NCBI GenBank assembly: GCA_963706325.1
Contig: CAVPLT010000004.1
Location: forward strand, 160,001-224,000
Reading direction: 5' to 3'
DNA length: 64,000 nucleotides
From: an uncultured Nitrospiraceae bacterium
GTDB taxonomy: Bacteria; Nitrospirota; Nitrospiria; Nitrospirales; Nitrospiraceae
The notes beneath the pieces are model-generated. The model did not search any database. It was not told the origin of the DNA and saw nothing but the letters and a program-made list of their open reading frames with translations. Each line of letters starts with the position of its first letter. Within the stretch, counting starts at the first letter, position 1. Shown piece after piece: positions 7,889-21,003 of this stretch. A program made the position numbers and the translations under genes.

Positions 7889-10855
7889 ATGATCAAGGCC
7901 TGGTTGCTGGACGAAATGTTTCGGTTCGACCGACATCATCTCACGGCGGATGGAAGTCAGAGTGAATGGGGAGCCGGAGACTCCGTTGCTGAGGAGGAAG
8001 ACCTGCCTCCTGCGCCGACGGGAGTGGCTGCCAAGGCTGGGAATGGTCGGGTGATGATCACCTGGGATGCGGTGCAGGATGCGATGTACTACAACTTATA
8101 TTTCATGACCACAAAGGGAGTACAGATTAAGTTTTCGGAATTAACGCGGCCGATCGCGAGTGCGGAAGATTTCAAGACGCTCATCGGTGTAACGAAGGAA
8201 AAAGGGACTTGTATCGAAGGCCCTCAATCGCCCTTCATCCACGACGATTTGGCGAATGGGACCTGTTATCACTATGTCGTCACCGTGGTGACGCAAAAGG
8301 GCGAAAGTCCTGAATCGCAGGAGGTCATGGCGATTCCGGCTCCCTACCTGATTGCCAAAATTATCGGGCAGGAAGGTGTAGAAGACGGCGAGTTCAGCTC
8401 CCCAACCGGCATCGCAGTCGACAAGGACGGCAATCTGTACGTCGCGGATACCGACAATCATTCAATTCAAAAATTCGACAAAGCGGGCACCTTTCTTGGG
8501 CGCTGGGGCGGTGAAGCGGGCAGTGCCGAGGGCGGGTACTACTATCCGCGCGGCTTGGCGACCAATGTGGACGGACAGGTGTACGTGGCCGACACCGGCA
8601 ACAACCGTGTCCAGCGTCTGGACACCGACGGCAATCCCATGAAGTCATGGGGCAAGTTCGGATTTGCCTGGCGTGGGGCAGACATGAACAAGTTCGATGC
8701 CCCCTGGGGAGTGACGACCGACCAAGAGGGTAACATCTATGTGACCGACACCAATAACGCCCGTATTCAAAAGTTCAAAGGCGACGGGACGCCACTGTTA
8801 AAGTGGGGGCGCGACGGCAGTTTTGACGGAGCCTTTTTCTTCCCGCGCGGCGTCGCAGTGGATTTTGTGGGAAATACCTACGTTGCCGATGAAGGCAACA
8901 ACCGTATCCAGAAGTTCGACACACGCGGTAGTTTTTTGACGAAATGGGGGAGGGAAGGGAGTGGGCCAGGCCAGTTTAAGGCGCCGTGGGGCGTTACCTG
9001 CGATGCCTTGGGCAACGTCTACGTAGTCGATCAGGGCAATCACCGTATTCAAAAGTTTGACGGCAACGGCACATTTCTCTGCGCGTGGGGTAATCGCGGG
9101 AAAACTGAGGGGCAGCTCAATTTCCCGTCCGGCGTTGCGGTAGACAAGGAGGGCGCGGTCTATGTCGTCGATAGCGGCAATCATCGGGTCATTAAGTATG
9201 TGCCCACGGATGAAGAACTGAATCGGGGAAAAGCAGAGCGCGAGCGGGCTCAAGAGGTCACCAATTATCCGATTCCGCGCAACCTAGCCATCAAGCCGGG
9301 GGACACCGAAACGTTTCTCAGTTGGATGGACGTGCCGGGGGCCGTTTCGTACAACCTTTACTTCCACACGACGGCGAATGTGACGCTGGAAGGCGGGACG
9401 AAAATCGAGGGAGTGTCCAGCCCCTATAACCACTCCGGGCTCACCAATGATCAGGCCTATCACTATGCCCTGACTGCGGTGTATGAGGACGGGACGGAGA
9501 GCGGACTCTCCGAAGAAGTGTCGACAACGCCGGTACTGATCGACATTACGGCTCCGCAAACTCCGTATGCGGTAATCAACCATGGCGCATTCATGACTAA
9601 CTCACCTGAAATTGTGGTGACGATCTCAGCCACCGATCTCGATACCGGTGTCGCCGCGTATTATGTTTCCGAAAACCCAATGACACCGATGGCGGGAACC
9701 CCGGGATGGGTGGAAGTTCAACCCGCGATAAAGTTCGGTGCGACGATTCCCTTCATTCTCTCTCCGGGCGACGGGCAGAAAACGGTCATTGTCTGGTTCA
9801 AGGACGTCGGCAACAATATCTCGACGCCGGCGAGCGCCACCATTTTGGTCAACACTTCAGGGTATCTCTGTGTTTCCAAGTGGGGCAAGCCTGGCCGTGG
9901 CGCGTCGTTGCTTCACGGCGGCGAGTTTATGGCGCCGATGTATGGACTGGCCATCGATCAACAGGGAGCCGTCTTTGTTGTCGACAACGGCAACAATCGT
10001 ATCCAAAAGTTCGACCGCACCGGGAACTTCATTATCCTGTGGGGGAATTTCGGAGCCGCCAATGCGAACTTTCACAATCCGACGGGCATTGCCTGTGATG
10101 CGAAAGGTAACGTCTACGTGGTCGATACGAACAATCACCGCGTGCAGAAGTTCGACGGGAAACTGGGTGGCTACATCATGAAGTTCGGCTCTCGCGGGAA
10201 CGGCGAAGGCCAGTTTAACGCGCCTTGGGGCATCGCGATCGATCGGGTGCGCGGCTATATCTATGTCGTCGATAGCGCAAACTTCCGTGTCCAGAAGTTC
10301 GATATGAGCGGCGAATTCATCATGTCCTGGGGCAGCTTCGGAAATGGTGACGGGCAGTTCTATTTTCCTCGCGGGATCGCGGTCGATCAGGCCGACGGGA
10401 CGGTCTATGTCGTCGACATGGGCAATCACCGCATTCAGAAATTTGATACCAGCACCAACGTGTTGCCGCAGCTGCTCACGAAGTGGGGAGGCAGTTCAGA
10501 GGCTGGTCATGCCAGCAGTCCCTTGGCGCAGGAAGCCGGACAGCTTCGATCTCCTTGGGGGATTACGGTGGACGGCCAAGGGGATGTGTACGTCACGGAT
10601 ACCGGTAACCATCGTGTGGAAAAATTCGACCGCGAGGGGAATTTCATCTCTCAGTGGGGTGGATTTGGGGGCGGTGACGGTCAATTCAACTTCCCCTACG
10701 GAATTGTGGTGGATTCGAGAGGGAGTGTGTTCGCTGTCGATAGCGGAAATACGAGGGTCCAGCAATTTATGCCGGCGGAAGAAGGCAGTGAGCGTTTGCA
10801 GGAAGAGGCTGAAGCGGTTGCGGAATTGGGCCAGGTCGACAGGACGAAGGTATAG
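7889..10855 (+). CDS. Fibronectin type III + NHL-repeat (two beta-propellers) protein
   Basis: Two FN3-like segments ([37 protein letters not shown]) and two blocks of FxxPxGIAVDxxGNxYVADxxNxRIQKF repeats. Confidence 0.9.
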   Translation: MIKAWLLDEMFRFDRHHLTADGSQSEWGAGDSVAEEEDLPPAPTGVAAKAGNGRVMITWDAVQDAMYYNLYFMTTKGVQIKFSELTRPIASAEDFKTLIGVTKEKGTCIEGPQSPFIHDDLANGTCYHYVVTVVTQKGESPESQEVMAIPAPYLIAKIIGQEGVEDGEFSSPTGIAVDKDGNLYVADTDNHSIQKFDKAGTFLGRWGGEAGSAEGGYYYPRGLATNVDGQVYVADTGNNRVQRLDTDGNPMKSWGKFGFAWRGADMNKFDAPWGVTTDQEGNIYVTDTNNARIQKFKGDGTPLLKWGRDGSFDGAFFFPRGVAVDFVGNTYVADEGNNRIQKFDTRGSFLTKWGREGSGPGQFKAPWGVTCDALGNVYVVDQGNHRIQKFDGNGTFLCAWGNRGKTEGQLNFPSGVAVDKEGAVYVVDSGNHRVIKYVPTDEELNRGKAERERAQEVTNYPIPRNLAIKPGDTETFLSWMDVPGAVSYNLYFHTTANVTLEGGTKIEGVSSPYNHSGLTNDQAYHYALTAVYEDGTESGLSEEVSTTPVLIDITAPQTPYAVINHGAFMTNSPEIVVTISATDLDTGVAAYYVSENPMTPMAGTPGWVEVQPAIKFGATIPFILSPGDGQKTVIVWFKDVGNNISTPASATILVNTSGYLCVSKWGKPGRGASLLHGGEFMAPMYGLAIDQQGAVFVVDNGNNRIQKFDRTGNFIILWGNFGAANANFHNPTGIACDAKGNVYVVDTNNHRVQKFDGKLGGYIMKFGSRGNGEGQFNAPWGIAIDRVRGYIYVVDSANFRVQKFDMSGEFIMSWGSFGNGDGQFYFPRGIAVDQADGTVYVVDMGNHRIQKFDTSTNVLPQLLTKWGGSSEAGHASSPLAQEAGQLRSPWGITVDGQGDVYVTDTGNHRVEKFDREGNFISQWGGFGGGDGQFNFPYGIVVDSRGSVFAVDSGNTRVQQFMPAEEGSERLQEEAEAVAELGQVDRTKV

Positions 10856-10893
10856 GCATAACGGGCGAGAGGCCCGGGAGAGGGTGGCGTCTG

Positions 10894-12360
10894 ATGTTGG
10901 AGAAGGAAATTCGGGTGGGGCTGACGTATGATGACGTCGTCCTGGTGCCCGCGAGGTCGCAGGTCATCCCCAGCGAGGTCGATACCCGAACTCACCTGTC
11001 CCGAAACATTCAGCTGAATATTCCTATTGTCAGCGCCGCTATGGACACCGTGACAGAAGCGCGACTCGCAATTGCGATGGCGCAGGAGGGCGGCATCGGC
11101 ATCGTGCACCGTGTCCTTTCTCCCGCCGACCAAGCGGCTGAAATTGACAAGGTAAAGAAATCTGAAAGTGGGATGATCCTGGATCCCATTACGATCTCGC
11201 CGGATCAAACCATTCGGGATGCGCACGACCTCATGGCTAAGTACCGAATATCCGGTATCCCGGTGACCAAGGGTGGCAAGCTGGTCGGAATTCTTACCAA
11301 TCGGGATTTGCGATTCGAGACCAGAATGGAGCTGAAAGTGTCGCAGGTGATGAAGCGTGACAAGCTCATTACCGCACCGGAAGGCACCAGTTTGGAAAAG
11401 GCGCGTGAAATCCTGCACGAACACCGGATTGAGAAACTGCCGGTCGTGAACAAACAGTTCGAGCTCAAAGGGCTGATTACGATTAAAGACATCGAAAAGC
11501 GCATCAAGTATCCCCATGCTTGCAAAGATTCTCATGGCCGTCTTCGGGTGGGGGCGGCTTTAGGGGTCGGGCCTGAGACCGGAGACCGGGTCGCCTTGCT
11601 CGTGAAGGTCGGGGTCGACGTCGTCGTGGTGGATACGGCGCATGGGCATTCGCAGGCTGTGTTGGATACCGTCAAGATGGTGCGTAAAGCCCATCCTCAG
11701 TTGGACATCATCGCAGGTAACATTGCGACGGCGCAGGCGGCCAAGGATTTGGTGAAGGCCGGGGTGGACGCAGTCAAGGTGGGCGTGGGACCAGGATCAA
11801 TCTGTACGACGCGGATGGTGTCCGGTGCGGGTATGCCACAACTGACCGCGATTGCAGATTGCGCCAAAGTATTGGTTGGATCAGGAGTTCCTGTCATTGC
11901 CGATGGCGGGATCAAGTATTCCGGCGACATCACGAAAGCCTTGGCGGCCGGCGCCTCGGCGGTCATGTTGGGTAGTCTGCTGGCCGGGACTGAAGAAGCT
12001 CCTGGTGAAACCGTATTGTTCCAGGCCCGGACGTATAAAGTGTATCGCGGAATGGGATCAATCGGAGCCATGGAACGAGGAGGCGGTGATCGGTACGGGC
12101 AGAGCGGACGTCCCACCCCCAAGCTGGTGCCGGAAGGCATTGAAGGGCGAGTGCCGTACAAGGGGCTGTTGGCGCCGCATATTTATCAGATGGTTGGAGG
12201 AGTGAAATCCGGTATGGGTTATTGCGGCTGCAAGACCATCCCGGACCTGCAGCAGAAGGCGACGTTCATTCGCCAAACTATAGCCGGCCTTCGCGAGGGG
12301 CATGTGCATGACGTCATCATCACCAAAGAAGCTCCTAATTATCGCACCGATTGGGAGTAA
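10894..12360 (+). CDS. guaB: IMP dehydrogenase
   Basis: [11 protein letters not shown] active-site loop, CBS pair, YRGMGS. Confidence 0.98.
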   Translation: MLEKEIRVGLTYDDVVLVPARSQVIPSEVDTRTHLSRNIQLNIPIVSAAMDTVTEARLAIAMAQEGGIGIVHRVLSPADQAAEIDKVKKSESGMILDPITISPDQTIRDAHDLMAKYRISGIPVTKGGKLVGILTNRDLRFETRMELKVSQVMKRDKLITAPEGTSLEKAREILHEHRIEKLPVVNKQFELKGLITIKDIEKRIKYPHACKDSHGRLRVGAALGVGPETGDRVALLVKVGVDVVVVDTAHGHSQAVLDTVKMVRKAHPQLDIIAGNIATAQAAKDLVKAGVDAVKVGVGPGSICTTRMVSGAGMPQLTAIADCAKVLVGSGVPVIADGGIKYSGDITKALAAGASAVMLGSLLAGTEEAPGETVLFQARTYKVYRGMGSIGAMERGGGDRYGQSGRPTPKLVPEGIEGRVPYKGLLAPHIYQMVGGVKSGMGYCGCKTIPDLQQKATFIRQTIAGLREGHVHDVIITKEAPNYRTDWE

Positions 12361-12467
12361 GTCCTGTGAAGCGTCAGGCATAACAGGTTAGGCGACTAGC
12401 CGCGACCACTGTCCAGGTCGGTCATCGGACACTCCTCACTGCTCACCCCTCACGCCAACGGATTCTG

Positions 12468-14024
12468 ATGGAACTCTGGCACGATAGAATTCTTATTCTC
12501 GATTACGGGTCCCAATATACGCAATTGATTGCGCGTCGCATTCGCGAGGCGCAGGTCTATTCGCAGATTTTGCCCTGTACCGCATCTCTTGCCACCGTGC
12601 TCGCTTACCGGCCGAAGGGCATCGTGCTGTCTGGTGGTCCGTCGAGCGTGTACGATAAAAAGGCGCCCTCGGTTTCCATGCAATTGTTCGAGCAAGGGAT
12701 TCCCATCCTTGGGATTTGTTATGGCATGCAGCTGGTGACGCATCTCCAAGGAGGCGAGGTGGAGCGAGCGACCCACCGGGAATTTGGCCGGGCTGAGCTG
12801 ACAATCGATGACCGATCGGATCTGTTCAAGGGCATCGGGGCGGGCGGTTCCACCGCTGTGTGGATGTCGCACGGCGATCGGATCGCGCGCATGCCGCCAG
12901 GGTTCCGTTCAATCGCCCACACGGAGAATTCTCCCATTGCGGCCATGAAACGTCACGATGCCAAGCAGCGCATCTACTGCCTTCAGTTTCATCCCGAAGT
13001 GGCGCACACGTCCGAAGGTGCCGGAATTCTAAAAAACTTTGTCTACGATATTTGTGGCTGCAAGCCGACCTGGACTATGCGGTCGTATGTCGAGACGGCC
13101 GTGGAACAGATTCGGGAGAAAGTCGGCACAGAGCGAGTAATCTGTGCGTTGAGTGGCGGGGTTGATTCGTCGGTGGCGGCGGCTCTCACCCACCGAGCGA
13201 TCGGTGATCAGCTGACTTGCATTTTTGTGGATAATGGGGTGTTGCGGGCCGGTGAGCGCGATCAAGTGCAGAAGACGTTTGCCTCGCAACTCCATCTGAA
13301 CATGCGGATCCTCGATCGCACGAGTCAGTTTCTGACGAGTCTGAAAAACGTCATCGATCCTGAACGAAAGCGCAAAATCATCGGGCTCTTGTTCATCAAG
13401 AATTTTGAAGTTGAATCCAAGAAGCTCAAAGGGATCAAGTATCTGGTGCAAGGCACGCTGTATCCCGACGTGATTGAAAGCGTGAGTTTCAAGGGTCCGT
13501 CGGCGACGATCAAGACGCATCACAACGTCGGCGGGTTGCCGACTAAAATGAAGCTGAAACTCATTGAGCCCCTGCGGGAATTGTTCAAAGACGAAGTGCG
13601 GGTGTTGGGCCAAGAACTGGGTTTGCCGGATGAGATCATCTGGCGACAGCCCTTTCCTGGTCCCGGATTGGCAATTCGCGTGCTCGGCGCGGTCACGAAG
13701 GAGCGTCTGGCAATCCTGCGCGGCGCAGAAACGATCGTCGATCAAGAAATTCGAGCCGCCGGACTGTATCGAGAAATTTGGCAGGCCTTTGCTGTTCTAT
13801 TGCCGATCCGAACGGTGGGGGTGATGGGTGATCAGCGGACGTACGAGTACGTGATTGCGATCCGTGCGGTGACGAGCCTCGACGGCATGACCGCCGACTG
13901 GGCTAAGATTCCAGGCGATGTGCTGGGGAAGATGTCGAGTCGGATCATCAACGAAGTACAAGGTGTGAATCGGGTTGTCTATGACATCAGTTCCAAGCCA
14001 CCGTCAACGATTGAGTGGGAGTAG
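12468..14024 (+). CDS. guaA: GMP synthase (glutamine-hydrolysing)
   Basis: [22 protein letters not shown]-terminal KPPSTIEWE. Confidence 0.98.
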   Translation: MELWHDRILILDYGSQYTQLIARRIREAQVYSQILPCTASLATVLAYRPKGIVLSGGPSSVYDKKAPSVSMQLFEQGIPILGICYGMQLVTHLQGGEVERATHREFGRAELTIDDRSDLFKGIGAGGSTAVWMSHGDRIARMPPGFRSIAHTENSPIAAMKRHDAKQRIYCLQFHPEVAHTSEGAGILKNFVYDICGCKPTWTMRSYVETAVEQIREKVGTERVICALSGGVDSSVAAALTHRAIGDQLTCIFVDNGVLRAGERDQVQKTFASQLHLNMRILDRTSQFLTSLKNVIDPERKRKIIGLLFIKNFEVESKKLKGIKYLVQGTLYPDVIESVSFKGPSATIKTHHNVGGLPTKMKLKLIEPLRELFKDEVRVLGQELGLPDEIIWRQPFPGPGLAIRVLGAVTKERLAILRGAETIVDQEIRAAGLYREIWQAFAVLLPIRTVGVMGDQRTYEYVIAIRAVTSLDGMTADWAKIPGDVLGKMSSRIINEVQGVNRVVYDISSKPPSTIEWE

Positions 14025-14105
14025 GCCATCGAGAAGCGTGAACCATGTAAGTAAGTTGATTACTTCGAACGACGAGAGACGAACGATGCTTCACGGAAGG
14101 ACCGC

Positions 14106-15467
14106 ATGGAAGTCAGACTACAAAAACTCATCGCCGGGACCGGGCTTGCTTCACGACGCAAGTCTGAAGAGTTAATCACCTCCGGTCGCGTGACCATCAA
14201 CGGCCATGTGGTGAAGGAACTTGGCACCAAGGTGGATCCTGACCGAGATCACGTCAAGGTCGACGGCAAGCACCTGCGGGCCGCGCAGCCCTACGTCTAC
14301 CTCATCCTCAACAAGCCCAAAAATGTCATGTCCACCCTCGACGACCCCGAGGGGCGTCCAACCGTGAAGGATCTCTTGCACGGGGTGACGGTGCGGGTCT
14401 TTCCAGTCGGGCGGTTGGATTTCGATAGTGAAGGGCTCATGCTGCTGACCAATCATGGCGATCTCGCGCAGGCGTTGCTTCATCCACGCTACCATATCCC
14501 GAAAACTTATCTGATCAAGGTCAAGGGCGTGCTCGACGATGCCAAGATCGAGGCCCTTGAACGGGGCGTGAAACTCGAGGATGGGTTTACGGCACCGGCG
14601 AAAGTCATGAAGGTCAGCAAGGCGGAGAGCAATTCCTGGCTCGAAGTCACTATCCATGAGGGCCGGAAGCATCAAGTCAAGCGGATGATCGAGGCCGTAG
14701 GCCATTCGGTCATCAAATTGACACGCATACGTATGGGGCCCTTGCTCCTGGGGGATCTGGCATCAAGAGAATATAGGTTTTTGACCGATCGTGAGGCGAA
14801 TCGCCTGCGCGAACTTGTGGAAGATCGCGTGGCGCGAGTCGAACGTCCGGAATTGGATGCGTCGGGAAAGCCTGCTCGTTGGAAGCCGCCGACGGAACCG
14901 GCTCCGCCGCGTCCCTCGAAGGCTGAGCGCTCAGGGCGAGGGCCGAAGTCTCAACGTTCCGAGCGAAGCTCACGGTCCCAGCGATCCGCCCGTAATGCCA
15001 CACCTCAGCGACCTAGCAGGGGAGGAGGGGCACGGCGCACGGGATCCGGATCGCAATATCAGAGCTCGGCGCCACGGCCAGGTTCTCAGCCGTCCAAATA
15101 CGGCGGGAAGCCTCAACGGCCTGGCCAAGGTAGTACGGCGCGGCGTACGGGATCCCGCTCTCAATATGCTCGTTCTACGGCACGATCAACCGGATCAGGT
15201 TCTCGGCCAGGAGCCAACCCTCGAGGTGCCGCCGGAAGCACGACACCGCGCGTGGGGTCAGGGCAACCGCCGCAGCGCTTCCAAGCGGGACCAGGTTTTC
15301 AGCGTTCCCGATCCGGGGGAAAAACTCAAGGGGTAGGTCGTGGCGCGACGGTGCGCCGCTCTGGCCAGGGCCAGAAATCTCAGCAGGGCCGACGTGGGGG
15401 ACCATCCGCGTCGCGCCAGCGGGGTCCTGCCAGAAAGTCGCGGCCCTCAACGCGGAGACGAGCATGA
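14106..15467 (+). CDS. rluB: RsuA/RluB-family rRNA pseudouridine synthase with long Arg/Gly/Ser-rich tail
   Basis: S4 domain (RLQKLIA...SRRKSEELI), [10 protein letters not shown] catalytic motif, [10 protein letters not shown]. Confidence 0.85.
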   Translation: MEVRLQKLIAGTGLASRRKSEELITSGRVTINGHVVKELGTKVDPDRDHVKVDGKHLRAAQPYVYLILNKPKNVMSTLDDPEGRPTVKDLLHGVTVRVFPVGRLDFDSEGLMLLTNHGDLAQALLHPRYHIPKTYLIKVKGVLDDAKIEALERGVKLEDGFTAPAKVMKVSKAESNSWLEVTIHEGRKHQVKRMIEAVGHSVIKLTRIRMGPLLLGDLASREYRFLTDREANRLRELVEDRVARVERPELDASGKPARWKPPTEPAPPRPSKAERSGRGPKSQRSERSSRSQRSARNATPQRPSRGGGARRTGSGSQYQSSAPRPGSQPSKYGGKPQRPGQGSTARRTGSRSQYARSTARSTGSGSRPGANPRGAAGSTTPRVGSGQPPQRFQAGPGFQRSRSGGKTQGVGRGATVRRSGQGQKSQQGRRGGPSASRQRGPARKSRPSTRRRA

Positions 15468-17227
15468 AGATCAGGACCCATCGATGCGGAGAATTGACCA
15501 AGGCCCAGGTCGGACGACAGGTTATCTTAAACGGTTGGGTGCAACGTCGCCGCGATCACGGCACCGTGCTGTTTATCGACCTCCGTGATCGAACCGGGTT
15601 GACCCAGGTCGTCTTTAATGCGGAGCGTAACGCGGCGGTCCATCAAGCCGGCCATATCTTGCGCAGCGAATGTGTCGTGTCGATCAGCGGGCAGGTTATG
15701 GCCCGTCCGGAAGAATCGCGAAATTCGCATTTGCCGACCGGTGATATCGAGATCTTCGTCGATGCCGTTGAGATTCTCAACGAAGCCAAGACGCCCCCCT
15801 TCATGATCGAGGATGACCTTGAGATCACCGAGGCGCTACGTTTGAAATACCGTTACCTCGATCTCCGACGCCCAAAAATGCAACGGTTGCTTGAGTTACG
15901 CCATGGAGTTATGCAGGCTGTGCGAGCGTTCTTGAATGCGGAGAGTTTCCTTGAGGTGGAAACTCCAATGTTGACGAAGAGCACGCCGGAAGGCGCGCGG
16001 GATTATCTCGTGCCGAGCCGCGTCAATCCAGGAATGTTTTACGCGCTGCCTCAGTCGCCGCAGCTCTTCAAACAGGTGCTGATGGTGAGCGGGGTAGATC
16101 GCTATTACCAAATCGCCCGCTGTTTCCGCGATGAAGATTTGCGCAACGACCGCCAGCCGGAATTTACCCAGATCGACCTCGAAATGTCGTTCGTAGATCG
16201 CGACCAGGTCATGTCGCTCATGGAGCGGATGATCGTCTCTGTGTTCAAGACTGCCGGCGCAGTGCAATTGCCCGTGCCGTTTCCGCGGATGACGTATGCC
16301 GAGGCTATGGGGCGTTATGGGTCGGACAAGCCTGATCTTCGGTTCGGGATGCCGTTGCACGATGTCACTGCGTTTGCCGCGAAGAGCGAGTTCAAAGTGT
16401 TCAAGGAAGCCGCGACCAAGGGCGGGCTGGTGAAGGCCTTGATCGTGTGTGGTGGGGCATCTATGGCGCGAAGTCGAATCGACGCGCTGGGTGAGACGGC
16501 GAAGAGCTTCGGCGCCAAGGGCCTGGCTTGGTTGAAGATCACGGCGGAAGGCCAGCTGGAATCGGTGATTGCCAAGTTTCTCGATGCCCAAGCGTTCGGG
16601 CTAGCCCTGCCGGAAGCGAAGCCCGGCGATTTGGTCCTATTCGGCGCCGACAAGCCAGCGGTGGTGCATGATGTGTTGGGACGTATTAGGCTGCAGCTCG
16701 GTGAGGAACTCAATCTCATCGACAAGCAGGCCTGGAAGCCTCTCTGGGTGACGGAGTTTCCGTTGCTGGACTATTCGCCGGAAGAGAAACGCTATATCTT
16801 TATGCACAACCCCTTTGCCGCACCGATGGATGAAGACCTGCCGTACCTGGATACGGAGCCCTTGAAAGCGCGAGCCAAGGCCTATGACATGGTGCTGAAC
16901 GGGAGCGAAATCGGTGGCGGCAGCATTCGAAACCACCGGAGCGACACCCAGTTTCGGATTCTCGATCTGTTGGGAATCGGCAAGGAACAGGCTCAAGCCA
17001 AATTCGGCTTCCTGCTGGAGGCGTTGGACTATGGCGCGCCTCCACACGGTGGAATCGCCTTCGGCCTCGACCGCTTGATTATGCTGCTGGGCGGCGCCGA
17101 CTCCATTCGTGATGTCATCGCCTTCCCAAAGACCCAGCGCGCGCAATGCCCGCTGACCGAGGCGCCGTCTTCGGTGAGTGCCGACCAGTTGAAGGAATTG
17201 CGGATCAAGCTGGATCTCGTCGAGTAG
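15464..17227 (+). CDS. aspS: Aspartate-tRNA ligase
   Basis: RRRDHG...[34 protein letters not shown]. Confidence 0.98.
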   Translation: MKIRTHRCGELTKAQVGRQVILNGWVQRRRDHGTVLFIDLRDRTGLTQVVFNAERNAAVHQAGHILRSECVVSISGQVMARPEESRNSHLPTGDIEIFVDAVEILNEAKTPPFMIEDDLEITEALRLKYRYLDLRRPKMQRLLELRHGVMQAVRAFLNAESFLEVETPMLTKSTPEGARDYLVPSRVNPGMFYALPQSPQLFKQVLMVSGVDRYYQIARCFRDEDLRNDRQPEFTQIDLEMSFVDRDQVMSLMERMIVSVFKTAGAVQLPVPFPRMTYAEAMGRYGSDKPDLRFGMPLHDVTAFAAKSEFKVFKEAATKGGLVKALIVCGGASMARSRIDALGETAKSFGAKGLAWLKITAEGQLESVIAKFLDAQAFGLALPEAKPGDLVLFGADKPAVVHDVLGRIRLQLGEELNLIDKQAWKPLWVTEFPLLDYSPEEKRYIFMHNPFAAPMDEDLPYLDTEPLKARAKAYDMVLNGSEIGGGSIRNHRSDTQFRILDLLGIGKEQAQAKFGFLLEALDYGAPPHGGIAFGLDRLIMLLGGADSIRDVIAFPKTQRAQCPLTEAPSSVSADQLKELRIKLDLVE

Positions 17228-17242
17228 GAGGGGGTTCGACCC

Positions 17243-18406
17243 ATGGCCGGCAATACGTTTGGCCGAGTCTTCACCGTTACCTCATTCGGCGAGAGCCACG
17301 GGCCGGCGATCGGGTGCGTCGTCGATGGCTGTCCGCCCGGCCTCGTCCTTTCCACCGCAGATATCCAGCAGGATCTCGACCGACGCAAGCCCGGCACCTC
17401 GCGCCACGTCACTCAGCGGCAGGAGTCTGATACCGTCGAGATTCTCTCCGGTGTGTTCGAAGGCAAAACCACTGGCACGCCAATCGCCCTCCTCATCAGA
17501 AATGAAGATGCCCGCAGTCGTGACTACGGCAATCTCGCGGAGACCTTTCGTCCCGGCCACGCCGATTACACCTATTGGCAGAAATATGGGATCCGCGATC
17601 ACCGTGGTGGAGGTCGATCTTCCGCGCGTGAAACCGCGGTGCGTGTCGCCGCCGCGGCGATTGCCAAGAAATGGCTCTTAGAAAAATATGGCGTGGTGAT
17701 TCGCGGGTATCTCAGTCAGCTTGGGCCGATAGAATTGCCGTTCAGAACGTGGGATGCGGTCGACGTCAACGCCTTCTTCTCGGCAGATCCCGACAGCGTG
17801 GCGACGTGCGAGACCTTTATGGATGAACTGCGAAAGGCCGGTGATTCCGTCGGGGCGAGGATTACGACGGTCGCGGAGCATGTGCCGGTCGGGTGGGGAG
17901 CGCCGGTCTATGCGAAGCTGGACGCCGACTTGGCAGCCGGCATGATGAGCATCAATGCCGTGAAGGCGGTTGAGATCGGATCGGGTTTCGAGTCGGTCGT
18001 TCAACGCGGCTCCGAACATGGCGACGAACTGACGCCGGAGGGGTTTCTTTCCAATCATGCCGGTGGCATTCTTGGCGGCATCTCGACCGGCCAAGATGTG
18101 GTCGTGACGATCGGTATTAAGCCGACCTCGAGCATTCGTGTCCCGCGTCGATCAATCGACAAGCTGGGGAATCCGGTGACGGTGGAGACCAACGGCCGCC
18201 ACGACCCTTGCGTCGGGATCCGAGCGACGCCCATCGCCGAAGCTATGATGGCCCTTGTATTGATGGATCATGCCCTCCTGCATCGCGCGCAGAATGCCGA
18301 CGTGAAGACCTCCACGCCGAAGATTGCGGCGTCTGCCAACACATCACCCGCGCCGCGTAGATCCGCCGGCTCAGCAAAAGCCAACTCCGATCCAATCGAA
18401 GCCTAG
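17243..18406 (+). CDS. aroC: Chorismate synthase
   Basis: [28 protein letters not shown]. Confidence 0.98.
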   Translation: MAGNTFGRVFTVTSFGESHGPAIGCVVDGCPPGLVLSTADIQQDLDRRKPGTSRHVTQRQESDTVEILSGVFEGKTTGTPIALLIRNEDARSRDYGNLAETFRPGHADYTYWQKYGIRDHRGGGRSSARETAVRVAAAAIAKKWLLEKYGVVIRGYLSQLGPIELPFRTWDAVDVNAFFSADPDSVATCETFMDELRKAGDSVGARITTVAEHVPVGWGAPVYAKLDADLAAGMMSINAVKAVEIGSGFESVVQRGSEHGDELTPEGFLSNHAGGILGGISTGQDVVVTIGIKPTSSIRVPRRSIDKLGNPVTVETNGRHDPCVGIRATPIAEAMMALVLMDHALLHRAQNADVKTSTPKIAASANTSPAPRRSAGSAKANSDPIEA

Positions 18407-18413
18407 CGGCCAC

Positions 18414-19202
18414 ATGGCCAGGCTTCCGATCATCGACATTCAGCATGCCACCGTCTGTCGCGGCGATACGCGTGTGTTTTCTGACTTTTCGTTGACTCTT
18501 CAGGAAGCTGAACACGTTGCCATCCTCGGGCCCAACGGGGCCGGAAAGTCGACCTTTCTCAAGTTACTCACCGGCGAAGTCCATCCGATGGCGCTCGAGC
18601 ATACCCGCCTGCGACTGTTTGGCGAAGAGCGATGGAATGTTTGGGATGTGCGAAAGAAGCTGGGAATCGTCTCGTCCGACCTGCAGCGGGATTACCTGAT
18701 TTGCGCCGAAGGTCGCAACGTAGTTCTCTCCGGGTTCTACGCCAGCAACGACACCTACGACCATCAAACGTTTACCCAGGCGCAGGTGAGTCGGGCAAAC
18801 GATGTGATGCGCGAGCTGGGAATCGAGTCCTTCGCGCCGCGTTCATTCGGACATCTCTCGACAGGGGAGCAGCGCCGGTTTCTGTTCGGACGAGCGTTGG
18901 TCCACGATCCACCGGTACTCGTACTTGATGAGCCGACCAGCGGACTTGATCTCAAAGCTTGCTTCCAGTATCTGGATCTCGTGCGGGCACAGATCCGCAA
19001 GGGCAAGACCGTCGTACTCGTCACGCACCATCTGCATGAAATTCCACCTGAGATTGATCGCGTGATCTTCCTGAAAGGCGGACAAATTCATGCGGATGGA
19101 CTGAAATCCGCCCTACTCACCAACGACCACCTCAGCAACCTCTTCGACCGCCGTATCGTTCTCGCCCAGGCCAACGGCTGGTACCAAGCGTTGCCGGGGT
19201 GA
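18414..19202 (+). CDS. ABC transporter ATP-binding protein (ModF/YlmA-like)
   Basis: Walker A GPNGAGKS, LSTGEQRR signature, LVLDEP Walker B. Confidence 0.85.
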   Translation: MARLPIIDIQHATVCRGDTRVFSDFSLTLQEAEHVAILGPNGAGKSTFLKLLTGEVHPMALEHTRLRLFGEERWNVWDVRKKLGIVSSDLQRDYLICAEGRNVVLSGFYASNDTYDHQTFTQAQVSRANDVMRELGIESFAPRSFGHLSTGEQRRFLFGRALVHDPPVLVLDEPTSGLDLKACFQYLDLVRAQIRKGKTVVLVTHHLHEIPPEIDRVIFLKGGQIHADGLKSALLTNDHLSNLFDRRIVLAQANGWYQALPG

Positions 19203-19261
19203 TGTCTCTGACGGATACGGCTATGCACGGTGTGCTGGGGTCGGTCTCCTTGCTCTCACCT

Positions 19262-20296
19262 CTATCCCCCTCCCAGCGTGACGGTGAACGTTAGATTCGT
19301 ATCGATCCGGCGGACTTTCACTGCAACCTTCTGGCCCGGTGTGGTCCTCTCGATGAGGTAATTCTTCAGATGAGCGGCATCGTCGATCTCGGTGTCCTCC
19401 ACCGCGATAATGATGTCGTGTTTTTGGATGCCGGCTGATTTCGCTGGCTCCATCACGTCCTTGACCGCCATCCTCCACTTGGTCCCGTCCTTCACCGCTA
19501 CCATATGAATGCCCATTCTGGAGAAGGCCAGGGGTTTCCCTTCCAGCGCGGCGGTGATAATTCGTTCGGCAAGTCTCGCGGGGATGGCAAAAGCCATACG
19601 ACTACAGCGAGCGGTGGAGTCGTCGCGTTCGGTTTGGATGATGGCGTGCATGATGCCGACCACGTCGCCCTGGTCGTTGAAGAGTCCGCCGCCGGAGTTG
19701 CCACTGCAGGCAGCCACATCGGCTTGAATCAACCGCGTGTCTACCGTTTGGAGGAAGGTATTGGTATTGCCCAGGTGCCCGAAGGACATGGTTGGGCCCC
19801 AGCCCATGGGATAACCAACGGTGAAGACGTCCTGTCCCGGCTGCACGTCACCAGAGGCGAACGAGACACCCGCGAGCAGTTTGGCACGATGTGCCTCGGT
19901 GACACGATAGACGACGACGTCTATGAAGGCGCTGTCGCCGATCAGATCAGCCGGAATTTCGTGGAGATCGGTGGTCAGGATACGGATCTGTTTCTGAAGG
20001 AGGGTGCCGGTCGTGACATCCTGTTTTTCCGCGGCGTGCCGGGCGGTGACAATATAGCCGTCGCGAAGATGAAAGCCGGTGCCACGAACAAGAATCTTCC
20101 CTGGTTTGTCCGGGGTGCGTTGATCCTGCGTGTCTTCCAGCACACCGATGGTGGCTAGTTTTGCCCGGTCGAGGGCCGCGGCATCGACGGCGGCTTCAGC
20201 CTCGGAGAGAAGTCCCGTTACAAGACTGACGCAGGCAACCATGAGTACCGTACAACGCAGGATAGGATGTGGGGAGCGAGCTGATGCGAGCGACAT
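19262..20296 (-). CDS. Trypsin-like serine protease with C-terminal PDZ domain
   Basis: Signal peptide, IVTARH, GNSGGGL and a PDZ-like tail. Confidence 0.9.
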   Translation of the reverse strand: MSLASARSPHPILRCTVLMVACVSLVTGLLSEAEAAVDAAALDRAKLATIGVLEDTQDQRTPDKPGKILVRGTGFHLRDGYIVTARHAAEKQDVTTGTLLQKQIRILTTDLHEIPADLIGDSAFIDVVVYRVTEAHRAKLLAGVSFASGDVQPGQDVFTVGYPMGWGPTMSFGHLGNTNTFLQTVDTRLIQADVAACSGNSGGGLFNDQGDVVGIMHAIIQTERDDSTARCSRMAFAIPARLAERIITAALEGKPLAFSRMGIHMVAVKDGTKWRMAVKDVMEPAKSAGIQKHDIIIAVEDTEIDDAAHLKNYLIERTTPGQKVAVKVRRIDTNLTFTVTLGGG

Positions 20297-20448
20297 AGAA
20301 AACCGTTCCTTTCGTGAGAATGTCGTCAGGCATTCAGTATAATCTAGAGCTGATCCTTGAGGGAATGTCCTTCACTGCCGGCGTGAGGTCGGTAGCAGGC
20401 CTGCTCGCTGCCATGGCATCGCATATGGGGCTGGGCTATGCTGTGAAT

Positions 20449-21003
20449 ATGCTGCGCTGCACATACAAACGAGTTTCATGACGATGCTGGTGCTGCTGGC
20501 TGGCTGCTCGTCCACCTCGATTATTCCTGAGCCACTGGAACCACAGATCGACAAGTCCGTGACATTCAGTCAGCTTTTGGAGTCACCCGATTCGTATCGT
20601 GGCAAGGTGTTGGTCTTGGGCGGGGAAGTGCTAAAGGCGAAGCGATGGACGGCGGCACCCAGCTGGAGGTATTGCAGCGTCCCTTGGATGTCGATCAGGG
20701 ACCGGTGGCCGAGCGAACGGCATCGAAAGGCCGATTTCTGGCATGGCAGAAGGAGTTCCTCGATCCGCCACAATTGCAGACGGCACCAGAGTCACTATTG
20801 TCGGGGAGGTAACTGATGCGGTGCTCGACAAGATGGATGAGGCCGACTATCGTTACCCGACCTTGGAGATACAACATCTCCACCGATGAGAGGCCCGTCG
20901 GATTGAAGATCCACAAGCGCAGGGACCCTGGTGGGGGGTATTCGGCGGGGTCGGTATCGGCGGGGGCAGCCGCAGTGGAGGCCGCATCAGCATCGGGTTC
21001 TAG
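20449..21003 (+). pseudogene. Slp-family outer-membrane lipoprotein, disrupted
   Basis: LAGC lipobox; GKVLVLGGEV, SKGRFLA, RVTIVGEV and YRYPTL blocks fall in different frames (shifts near 20646 and 20767); in-frame TGA near 20887. Confidence 0.75.

Noticed and set aside
8350..10770. Periodic nucleotide repeats that might suggest an array
   Set aside because: They are coding NHL repeats with synonymous variation; no CRISPR-type repeat-spacer array was seen anywhere in the window.
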